From a virus (lineage: Duplodnaviria > Heunggongvirae > Uroviricota > Caudoviricetes): 64,000 bases of DNA. The position numbers were made by a program, and so were the translations under genes. The DNA is taken from the IMG/VR virus record IMGVR_UViG_3300026549_000042, positions 53,745 through 117,744 of that record; one strand, 5' to 3'. Under the pieces are notes generated by a model. It saw nothing but the letters and a program-made list of their open reading frames with translations. It was not told the origin of the DNA and did no database searches. Each line of letters starts with the position of its first letter. Position 1 is the first letter of the stretch. Below, piece by piece: positions 27,542-36,010 of the stretch.

Positions 27542-28384
27542 ATGAATAAACCAGAAGTACTTATATTTCCAGATGTACATGGAAGAAAATTTTGGAAAGA
27601 TGCTATTGACAAATTTCCAAAGAATCAATATCCCGATTTGAAGATAGTTTTCTTAGGTGACTATATAGATCCTTATGTAGATTATGATGGGATAAGTAAA
27701 GAGGAAGCATTTGTAAATTTTGAAGATATTCTTGAATATATCAATAATGATTCACGAATAGTTCCTTTAATTGGAAATCATGATTGGCACTATTTTGTAA
27801 GTCTTGATACTTGTCGTATTGATAAAGCTCGTGAAAGAGATATTGAATATATGTTCAAGAACAATATTTCAAAATTTAGACTATCATATATACTTGAACT
27901 TAATGATTCCAAATATTTGTTTAGTCATGCAGGAATAACACAGAAGTGGCTAAATGATATTACTGGCATGGCTACACAGGAAGTAAATAAATGGAATCCT
28001 GGTGAAGGTGAAAATTATGTAGATCCAAAGACAGATGAAAAATATATTTGGATTGAAAAAATGTCCCATATTGCCAATAGTCATGATTTTTCATTGCTTG
28101 AAACTTGTCTTCAAAAATATAATGACTATTTTTACAGTTGTCCTATTTCAATAATTAGTCATGAAAGAGGCGGTTGGTACCCTCATGGATCTCTTATTTG
28201 GGCAGATATACATGAACATCTTTTTAATGAAGATCTAAAAGGATATTACCAAATATTTGGGCATACATATTCATATCCATCTACATCAGAACCTGCTATA
28301 TCTCCAATGGGGCATTGCTGGGCTATGCTTGATTGCGGTAGTGCATTTGTAATGGATATTGAAGGCAACATTGAAAAAATATAA
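27542..28384 (+). CDS. metallophosphoesterase (Ser/Thr phosphatase / ApaH-like calcineurin fold)
   Basis: PDVHG, LGDYIDPY, GNHDW motifs in canonical order. Confidence 0.8.
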   Translation: MNKPEVLIFPDVHGRKFWKDAIDKFPKNQYPDLKIVFLGDYIDPYVDYDGISKEEAFVNFEDILEYINNDSRIVPLIGNHDWHYFVSLDTCRIDKARERDIEYMFKNNISKFRLSYILELNDSKYLFSHAGITQKWLNDITGMATQEVNKWNPGEGENYVDPKTDEKYIWIEKMSHIANSHDFSLLETCLQKYNDYFYSCPISIISHERGGWYPHGSLIWADIHEHLFNEDLKGYYQIFGHTYSYPSTSEPAISPMGHCWAMLDCGSAFVMDIEGNIEKI

Positions 28385-28400
28385 ATAAATTAATATAAAT

Positions 28401-29261
28401 ATGTTTGAAAAGGTAACACCAAGTCATCCAGATAAGATAGCTGATCGTATTGCTGGAGCTATAGTAGATTTAGCATATACTATTGAAAAAAATCCTAAGA
28501 TTGCTGTAGAAGTATTAATAGGACATGGGGAATGCAATATTATAATTGAAAGTAATGTATATGATAAATTGTCAAATACTGATATACAACATATAGTATA
28601 TCGTATTTGTAATGATAATAAGATTTTTGTAGACATACACAAAATTCCACAAGATACATATTTAGCTAATAATCAAATAGGTGAGATAAAATGTGGTGAT
28701 AATGGTATATTTAAAGGTACACCTGTAACATATGAACAACAAAAATTGTCATTAATCACACAACTTATATATGATAACTATCCTTATGATGGTAAATACA
28801 TATATAATGAAAAGGAAGATACTATAATAGGATGTCAATCACATATACAAACAAATAATTTAATTAATATATTGAAGAAATTTGCAAAGAATGTGAAAGC
28901 AAATCCATTAGGGGATTGGACAGGCGGTATTGATTCTGATTCTGGTGCTACTAATAGAAAACTTGGTAGTGATATGGGAGATTCAGTAACTGGTGGCGGT
29001 CTGCATGGTAAAGATCTTTCAAAAGCAGATGTAGCTGTCAATATATACTGTTTTCTTAAAGCACAAGAACTAAAGAATGACTATGAACTATATTGTGCAA
29101 TTGGTGATGATACTATAGATGGTAAGAAATATTCTGAAATTGTTGAAATTGCAAGAGAATATATTGAAAGAATTGGAGGATTTGAAAAGTTTGCGGAATG
29201 GGGACTAATAACATATGAATCATCAATTACAAACAGATTAATAAGCAAATTAAATTCTTAA
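28401..29261 (+). CDS. compact, divergent S-adenosylmethionine synthetase (MetK) homologue
   Basis: SHPDKIADRIAGAIVD matches MetK EGHPDKIADQISDAVLD; GATNRKLGSDMGDSVTGGGLHGKDLSKADVAVNIY matches MetK [38 protein letters not shown]; 286 aa versus about 384. Confidence 0.65.
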   Translation: MFEKVTPSHPDKIADRIAGAIVDLAYTIEKNPKIAVEVLIGHGECNIIIESNVYDKLSNTDIQHIVYRICNDNKIFVDIHKIPQDTYLANNQIGEIKCGDNGIFKGTPVTYEQQKLSLITQLIYDNYPYDGKYIYNEKEDTIIGCQSHIQTNNLINILKKFAKNVKANPLGDWTGGIDSDSGATNRKLGSDMGDSVTGGGLHGKDLSKADVAVNIYCFLKAQELKNDYELYCAIGDDTIDGKKYSEIVEIAREYIERIGGFEKFAEWGLITYESSITNRLISKLNS

Positions 29262-29347
29262 AAACATCTAAATAAATTTTCAATAATATTTAAATTCTAA
29301 AATTTTCATAACTATATTAAATCATCAATAAATTAAAAAATAAAGTT

Positions 29348-29494
29348 ATGATCAGCAAAACAAAAGAAAAGATCAAAAGAAAGTACACGAGAACTTATAA
29401 AGAAGGTGATCATTCGGTAATAGTATCATATGATCCTACTTTATTTTTTAAAATTAACTATCCTGGTGAATACGTAGATTTTGAAGAAGTTTAA
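29348..29494 (+). CDS. small hypothetical protein (48 aa), not in the supplied track
   Basis: ORF MISKTKEKIKRKYTRTYKEGDHSVIV... fills an otherwise empty 280-bp gap. Confidence 0.25.
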   Translation: MISKTKEKIKRKYTRTYKEGDHSVIVSYDPTLFFKINYPGEYVDFEEV

Positions 29495-29541
29495 GTAAGT
29501 ATATAAAAATTATTAATAAACAATTTAAAATTATTAAACTT

Positions 29542-29754
29542 ATGGCATCAACATTTAATCTTGAACAGTTCAAAATGGGTAAGAAGGCACAGACTAAACT
29601 TGGTAATCCTGCACGATTCATTACAGTATCAAATCACAATGAACTTATTGTAGCAGTTAAGCCCAGATGGTCAGAAGAACAATGTGAAAAGTATAGTTTG
29701 GATGGAAAACGATTGCATAATCCTAATTCAGTATATGATCTAGAAATGGTTTAA
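29542..29754 (+). CDS. hypothetical protein
   Basis: 70-aa ORF. Confidence 0.4.
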   Translation: MASTFNLEQFKMGKKAQTKLGNPARFITVSNHNELIVAVKPRWSEEQCEKYSLDGKRLHNPNSVYDLEMV

Positions 29755-29787
29755 CTATATAAATAATTTAATAATAGTTTTTTTACT

Positions 29788-30324
29788 ATGATGACTCATT
29801 GGTATTTAATTGGTTTTTATTTTGTCATGGCAGTATTTATCATCAAATATCTTGTATCATGGATATTTGGTGATGTTGATGTCGACTTCGATATTGATGG
29901 CGATATGGATTTTGACATCTCTTCAATGCTTTCATTCAAAGGCGTGCTTCATTTTCTTATAGGTTTTCTTGGATATTTGTCAGTTACTGCCAGATTTTCA
30001 TCCACATATGTAATTGATGAACCATATAAGTTTTCTACTGGTAATTATATGGGAGCAATTATATGCGGTATTATATTTATGATAATTTTGTGGTATGCAT
30101 ATAATATTACTGCTAAGTTTAGTCATGAAAATACTGATATGCCCGACTTTACTAATTGTGAAGGAAGAATTCTTGCAAATAATGGTGATGGTACATATGA
30201 AGTTCTTATATTTACTTCGGCAGGATCATACAAAAAGACAGTAAGATCAGGAGCAAATGAAACTAGTATAGAAGTTGGAAGTGTTGTAAGAATATTGAAA
30301 ATAAATAATGAATATGTAATATAA
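29788..30324 (+). CDS. NfeD-like membrane protein (YuaF/YqiJ-like; TM N-terminus plus C-terminal OB-like beta domain)
   Basis: Three or four TM helices, then GRILANNGDGTYEVLIF...VGSVVRIL; architecture and position upstream of the flotillin gene. Confidence 0.5.
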   Translation: MMTHWYLIGFYFVMAVFIIKYLVSWIFGDVDVDFDIDGDMDFDISSMLSFKGVLHFLIGFLGYLSVTARFSSTYVIDEPYKFSTGNYMGAIICGIIFMIILWYAYNITAKFSHENTDMPDFTNCEGRILANNGDGTYEVLIFTSAGSYKKTVRSGANETSIEVGSVVRILKINNEYVI

Positions 30325-30340
30325 GATGTAATATAAGAAT

Positions 30341-30523
30341 ATGTCAATTAAAGAAGTAATATATGAAGTTCTTAAGAACAATATGGACAATAACTGTAAT
30401 AATGATACCGAAATTGTTGTAGATGGTGAGAATTTTATGGGAGCCCCTATTAAACGAATTTATTATGATAAGGAAGTAAACCAATTATGTATAAAAATAA
30501 ATGAAAATGAAGCGATGGATTAG
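30341..30523 (+). CDS. small hypothetical protein
   Basis: 60-aa ORF. Confidence 0.35.
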   Translation: MSIKEVIYEVLKNNMDNNCNNDTEIVVDGENFMGAPIKRIYYDKEVNQLCIKINENEAMD

Positions 30524-30971
30524 TATTTGTATTGTATTATTTATATCTATTATATGTCAAGCACAACGTATATATGTCGGTAATTCTACATCATATTCAA
30601 ATATTGTAGTTAATATCAAAAATGGATATGTATATACTGGAGATTCTTCATTACGTTCAAATATAATTATGCATTACAATAATGAATATTTGTATGAGTA
30701 TGATTCGAATTTAACATCAGATATTATTGCAACATATTCTAATGGAAAGATATATAAAGGAAAAACAAAATTGACATCTAATATTTTATATACATACAAA
30801 AATAACAAAATATATAATGGAAATTCTACATTAAATTCCGACATATTATATATCTATATTAACAATAAATTTTATAAAGGAAATTCTACAATGGAATCTA
30901 ATGTAATATTACGAACAAGTTCATATGTAAATCCTTTAATATTAGTAGTAATAAGTAATTTAATATATTAA
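30501..30971 (+). CDS. secreted tandem-repeat protein
   Basis: Signal peptide MKMKRWISICIVLFISIICQA, then six repeats of about 20 aa (Y.GNST/S.L.SNI....Y.N.KIY). Confidence 0.5.
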   Translation: MKMKRWISICIVLFISIICQAQRIYVGNSTSYSNIVVNIKNGYVYTGDSSLRSNIIMHYNNEYLYEYDSNLTSDIIATYSNGKIYKGKTKLTSNILYTYKNNKIYNGNSTLNSDILYIYINNKFYKGNSTMESNVILRTSSYVNPLILVVISNLIY

Positions 30972-31004
30972 CACATTTTTTAATTTTTTAAATTTTAATT
31001 TTTT

Positions 31005-33005
31005 ATGAGTGGTATTTATTTAACAATTGGTATGGTGGCTTTTGGCGCATTGCTATTTATTGCAACTGTTGTAGCAGTTTTGACACGCTATAGGAGATCT
31101 GCACCTGATGAACTGTTGGTAGTTTTCGGTAAAGCTGGTAAAGTAAAGGATGAGCATGGAAAGACAATTATGACACCTTCTAAGATTATTCAGGGTGGTG
31201 GTACTTTTGTATGGCCTGTCATTCAGGATTTCAAGAAGATGTCAATGAAGCCTATTCAGATTAAGGCAACTGTTGACGGTATTGATTCACAAGCAATTCA
31301 GTTGCATTTGCCAGTAGTATTGACAACTGCTATTTCTCAAGACAAGATGATCCAGCAAAATGCAGCAACACGTTTCTTGAGTGCATCACCTGGGGAAATT
31401 CAGCAACAGATTCAAGAGATTTTGATTGGTGAGACTCGTGCTATCATGGCAACAATGCTTATTGAGGACATTAATGCTGACCGAGATAAGTTCCTTGCTA
31501 AAGTACGTACAAATCTTGAACAGGAATTGATTAAGATTGGTTATGATGTAACTAACATTAACATTTCTGAAATTACTGATGATGCCAACTATATTAAGAA
31601 TATGGGTCAAAAGGCAACTACACGTAAGCAAGCAGAAGCAGAGGCAGATATTGCTGAGCAGCGTAAAGTAGGTAATGTAAAGATTGCAAATACTAAGAAG
31701 GAAGAAGAAATTGCTGTGGCTGCTGCAGAAAAGGAGAAGCAGGTACAGGTAAATCAAACTAAACAGGAACAGGAAGTAACTGTGGCTAATATTAATCGTG
31801 AAAAGGAGATTAAGTTAGCAGAAGCAACTAAGGAACGTGAATCTGGTATTGCTGCACAGGAAGCTGAAAAGGCAGCTCGTATTGCTGAAGCTCAGGCAGA
31901 TGCTGAATCAAATAAGGCTAAGGCTATGGCACGTCAGATTGCAAGTGTAGCAGAGGCAGAGGCAGATGCTGAATCAAAGAGAGCGGAATTTGAAGCAACA
32001 CAGACTAAGAATATTGCAAAAGCGCAAGCAGATGCCGAAGCTGCACAAAATGAGGCAGAGGCATTGAAACAGACGCGTATTGCTCAGGCTAATCAGGAAA
32101 AGGAAGCTAATGTGATTAAGGCTACCCAGGAAAAGGAAGCTAAGGCAGCTGAATATGAATCAAGTAAGCGCCAGAAGAAAGCAGAGCAAGACAAATTGGC
32201 AGGTGTAGCTGAACAGGAAGCAAAAATTGATGTTGCAAAGGCTCGGGCTAAGGCAGCTCAGGCAGAGGCAGATGCAGTAAAGGTCGGTGAGACTGCAAAG
32301 GTTGAAGCAGAAATGTCAGTGGCAAAAACTAGACAGGAACGTCAATTGGAAGTAAATAAGGCACAAGCAAAAGCAGCAGAAGAGCAATTGAATGCTACTG
32401 AAATTGTACCTGCAAATAAGGCTAAGGAAAAAGCTATTATTGAAGCGGAAGCCATTAAGCGTAAAGCAGAACTTGAAGCAGAAGCTGTAAAGGCTCGTAT
32501 TCTTCGTGAGGCGGAAGCAGAAGCCCAGAAGACACAAATGATTAAGGAAGCTGAAGCTGAAGGTAATCGTAAGAAGTTACTTGCAGAAGCTGAAGGTGCA
32601 GAAGCTATGGCACTTGCTAAAGCTAAAGGTATACAACAGGAAGCACTTGCTCCAGCTATGGCATTTGAAAGAATGATTCAGGCAGCAGGTAGTCCAGAGA
32701 TGGCAGTACAATGGAAGATGGTTGATCAGTATAAGGGTATTGCAGAAGCTCAGGCTCATGTATTAGAGCATGTACAACTTGGAAATGTTACTGTCTATGG
32801 TGATAAGAATACTGGTGCTGATTTTGCTAAGAGCTTTGTTCAAAACTTTGCACCAGCTCTCGATATGATTAACCACGGTGTTAAGGATCAATTCCAGAGT
32901 TTATTTGGAACTAAAAAGGATGAACTTATGCCTCCAACAGATCCTACTCCATCCAATGGAAAGAATAGTGATCAGGACAATTTAGTATTTGAAGACATAG
33001 ATTAA
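31005..33005 (+). CDS. flotillin-like SPFH/band-7 protein (YqiK family) with long Ala/Glu-rich coiled coil
   Basis: N-terminal membrane hairpin IGMVAFGALLFIATVVAVL...RYRRSAPDE.LVVFG, SPFH core, about 350 aa of AEAEA/KAKA coiled coil; mirrors E. coli YqiK. Confidence 0.8.
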   Translation: MSGIYLTIGMVAFGALLFIATVVAVLTRYRRSAPDELLVVFGKAGKVKDEHGKTIMTPSKIIQGGGTFVWPVIQDFKKMSMKPIQIKATVDGIDSQAIQLHLPVVLTTAISQDKMIQQNAATRFLSASPGEIQQQIQEILIGETRAIMATMLIEDINADRDKFLAKVRTNLEQELIKIGYDVTNINISEITDDANYIKNMGQKATTRKQAEAEADIAEQRKVGNVKIANTKKEEEIAVAAAEKEKQVQVNQTKQEQEVTVANINREKEIKLAEATKERESGIAAQEAEKAARIAEAQADAESNKAKAMARQIASVAEAEADAESKRAEFEATQTKNIAKAQADAEAAQNEAEALKQTRIAQANQEKEANVIKATQEKEAKAAEYESSKRQKKAEQDKLAGVAEQEAKIDVAKARAKAAQAEADAVKVGETAKVEAEMSVAKTRQERQLEVNKAQAKAAEEQLNATEIVPANKAKEKAIIEAEAIKRKAELEAEAVKARILREAEAEAQKTQMIKEAEAEGNRKKLLAEAEGAEAMALAKAKGIQQEALAPAMAFERMIQAAGSPEMAVQWKMVDQYKGIAEAQAHVLEHVQLGNVTVYGDKNTGADFAKSFVQNFAPALDMINHGVKDQFQSLFGTKKDELMPPTDPTPSNGKNSDQDNLVFEDID

Positions 33006-33029
33006 AAATACCACAAATATTGAATTATA

Positions 33030-33070
33030 AAAAAAGAACCTTACTTAAGTAAGGTTCTTTTGTTTTTTTA
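33030..33070. terminator. bidirectional terminator
   Basis: aaaaa-agaaccttacttaagtaaggttct-tttgttttttt; palindrome with CTTAAG core. Confidence 0.65.
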
Positions 33071-33877
33071 AGATAACCAATAAAATGGATATAATTTAGT
33101 ATAAAATGTTGATGTAGTAGAATATAAATAAATTCCAATTAAAAATTCTATTGCTATACCGTATATTCTTTTATGATTTTCTTTAGTTGTAAACCATGTA
33201 AATTTATCGCATATTTTTTCCATATCAACAATTTCATATATATTATCATCCATAAAAACAGAAAATTCTTCAATAGTATTAATATTGTATTTTCTTAATA
33301 TATGTCTTATAAATGATTCTATGAAATTAACTAAAGATTGAAAAGTATTCCAATTTGTAACATATATTTCACGTCCACAAATATATAAGATATTGTTTTC
33401 TGTTGTGATATTTTCTATCTTTTTTATTTTAGAATGCTCTTTAATTTGTTGTTGTATATCTATTGGTTGAGATTCCATAAACTCAACAAAATCATTATAT
33501 ACAGAAATTGCCCCATATTCATATAAATAAGCATATATAAGTTCATATGTTGCTTTCTCTTTTATAGCCTTTTCTAAAAAATTTTTATATATGTTATAAG
33601 TACATGTAAATATTTGTGTCTTATTATTTTCTATTATTTCTTTACTGTTTATAATATATTTGTCTATAATTCGTCTATATTGGCAAAAACCTATATAATC
33701 TTCAGGTCGTCCATATTTCGCGATACAATATTGTGCAACAAATTCATTAATATATTTATCCATCTTCAATATTATATCATCATTATTTACGGTATATACA
33801 AGTCTAGTGTTTAAGTATTTATAATTATTGTTGCTTACATAAACAAATGAATCACTATGTCCTATTATATATATCAT
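33068..33877 (-). CDS. hypothetical protein
   Basis: 269-aa ORF directly downstream of a putative glycosyltransferase. Confidence 0.45.
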   Translation of the reverse strand: MIYIIGHSDSFVYVSNNNYKYLNTRLVYTVNNDDIILKMDKYINEFVAQYCIAKYGRPEDYIGFCQYRRIIDKYIINSKEIIENNKTQIFTCTYNIYKNFLEKAIKEKATYELIYAYLYEYGAISVYNDFVEFMESQPIDIQQQIKEHSKIKKIENITTENNILYICGREIYVTNWNTFQSLVNFIESFIRHILRKYNINTIEEFSVFMDDNIYEIVDMEKICDKFTWFTTKENHKRIYGIAIEFLIGIYLYSTTSTFYTKLYPFYWLS

Positions 33878-33879
33878 TA

Positions 33880-34707
33880 CTAAATTTCATTATATTTATA
33901 TGCTCTTTGCTCATTTGCAGTCAATATACTTTCTTTATCTTTTAAGTCTTCATTAATCTCAAAAAAATCATGTAACTTTCTTGAATATGCATTATTGTCC
34001 ATTTCACCTCTTACAAATAATCTGTTACAATATTCTTCCCATGATTTTGTAAGATAATGTCTTAATTTAAATGGTGGTTCTGCGGCCCAGTGTGTATCAT
34101 AAAACTTTTTTGCGGTTTCAGGTAAATTATATACATACAATGGTCCATGTGGAATATTAGCAAATTCATTATCCTCCATTCTATGAACAAACAATAATGG
34201 CTTTCCGTTGTCATTCATATCTATATATCTTTTAGTCATTGGTTTAGTATATGTTTCTATCAATGAATATTCTTTACCATGTCCAGGATCTTCAATATGT
34301 CCATTTGCGGTCATTGTTATCCATCTAAACTTTATTGCATGCTTACCCTCATTATATATATTATTTATGTATGACAAAAATTCTTCTTTATTACAGTCTA
34401 AAAATTCATCAATATCAATATATAATACAGCATCATAATTCTTACTAAACTTTCTTTTGAATATATACCACATTATTGCTATTCTATATTCACCATTAAA
34501 AGCACCGTTTAACTCTTGTTCATTACATACATCTATGAATTTATACAGTTTAACATTTGGATATTGATTAGTAATTTCTTTATGTGAAGTACTATTAATG
34601 TCTTCAAATAATATAATATCATCTATGCCAATGCTTGTATAAAACTCGATGAACTCTCTTAAATATCTTTGTTCATCTTTAATCATCGTACATGTACAAA
34701 TTTTCAT
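33880..34707 (-). CDS. putative glycosyltransferase (GT-A-like, DxD motif)
   Basis: AVLYIDIDEFL acidic motif; overall layout resembles small GT-A transferases; tentative. Confidence 0.45.
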   Translation of the reverse strand: MKICTCTMIKDEQRYLREFIEFYTSIGIDDIILFEDINSTSHKEITNQYPNVKLYKFIDVCNEQELNGAFNGEYRIAIMWYIFKRKFSKNYDAVLYIDIDEFLDCNKEEFLSYINNIYNEGKHAIKFRWITMTANGHIEDPGHGKEYSLIETYTKPMTKRYIDMNDNGKPLLFVHRMEDNEFANIPHGPLYVYNLPETAKKFYDTHWAAEPPFKLRHYLTKSWEEYCNRLFVRGEMDNNAYSRKLHDFFEINEDLKDKESILTANEQRAYKYNEI

Positions 34708-34781
34708 AAAACAATAAAAATAATTTAATTAAATATAACTATATTAATTAATACAATTAATATATATTTTAAAATAGTTTT

Positions 34782-35696
34782 ATGAATGAAACAAAAACAA
34801 TGAATAGAACATTAACTTTAAGTGATGCTGACAAAAATGAACTTAAAGACAAACTTACATTTGATTTTATATCAACTAATACAATTATTTGTAATGACAT
34901 AAATAAAATAAAAAATTCTATTCCCAAAAAATATTTTAATCTTATATTACTTGACCCACCATACAATATCACAAAAAAATATGGTTCAGATATATTCCGT
35001 GAACTTCCAGATGATGAATACTATGAATATATAAAATATATTATTGATCATTGTTTGAGTGTACTGGATGATAACGGAACACTTTATATATGTGGTGATT
35101 GGAAGACGTCTTATATTCAAAGAAAGGTATTAGAATGGTTTGAAAATCAAGGAATGTGTGATGTAATAAATAGAATTACATGGTCACGTGATAAAGGTAG
35201 AGGGGCATTAAACAATTGGAAGAATAATTGTGAAGACATTTATATGGTTGTAAAGGATAAAAATCATTATTATTTTAATGTAGATGCTGTAAAGATTAGA
35301 AAGACCGTATTAGCTCCTTATAAAGACAAAAATGGGAACAATAAAGATTGGACCACAGATGAAAATGGTAATTATAGAATGACATATCCATCAAATGTTT
35401 GGTATGATATAGTTGTACCGTTTTGGTCTATGGCAGAAAATACAAATCATCCTACACAGAAATCAGAAAAACTTTATGCAAAATTAATTTTAGCATCATC
35501 TAAAGAAGGAGATACTATATATGAACCATTTGCTGGCGTATGTACCGGGTGTGTTACTGCAAAGAAATTAAATAGAAACTATGTTGGTGTAGAAATGTGT
35601 GAAGAATATTGTTTGTTGGGTCTAAAACGTCTTAAATTAGCAGAAGTAAATAAAAACATACAAGGATATGAAGACGGATTATTTAGAGATAAATAA
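34782..35696 (+). CDS. DNA methyltransferase, beta-class (N6-adenine or N4-cytosine), orphan
   Basis: Motif IV LILLDPPYNI precedes motif I YEPFAGVCTGCVTA; no adjacent restriction endonuclease candidate. Confidence 0.8.
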   Translation: MNETKTMNRTLTLSDADKNELKDKLTFDFISTNTIICNDINKIKNSIPKKYFNLILLDPPYNITKKYGSDIFRELPDDEYYEYIKYIIDHCLSVLDDNGTLYICGDWKTSYIQRKVLEWFENQGMCDVINRITWSRDKGRGALNNWKNNCEDIYMVVKDKNHYYFNVDAVKIRKTVLAPYKDKNGNNKDWTTDENGNYRMTYPSNVWYDIVVPFWSMAENTNHPTQKSEKLYAKLILASSKEGDTIYEPFAGVCTGCVTAKKLNRNYVGVEMCEEYCLLGLKRLKLAEVNKNIQGYEDGLFRDK

Positions 35697-35734
35697 TGAA
35701 AACATAAAAATATATTATTAGATGAAAACATAAA

Positions 35735-36010
35735 ATGGAATCTTTATTAGTAAATAAAAAAGATCTATTGAACAAAATTAATTCGGTATTAGATACTCTT
35801 AATTCAATTAAAACAGATATAATGAAAGATATTGAATTAGATGATATTACAATGATTGAAGATGTTAAAGAAAGTAAATATAAGGAAACATTAAAGACTT
35901 TAACACCTCAAAAACAATCAAAAACCAAGAGGTATGGAGATGAGTATGAAAGTACTAATGGATGGAATGAAGTAGGTGATAATAGTGTATTACCTAATAT
36001 TACCATGTAA
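35735..36010 (+). CDS. hypothetical protein
   Basis: 91-aa ORF; 3' end overlaps the convergent terminase gene by 11 nt. Confidence 0.4.
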   Translation: MESLLVNKKDLLNKINSVLDTLNSIKTDIMKDIELDDITMIEDVKESKYKETLKTLTPQKQSKTKRYGDEYESTNGWNEVGDNSVLPNITM

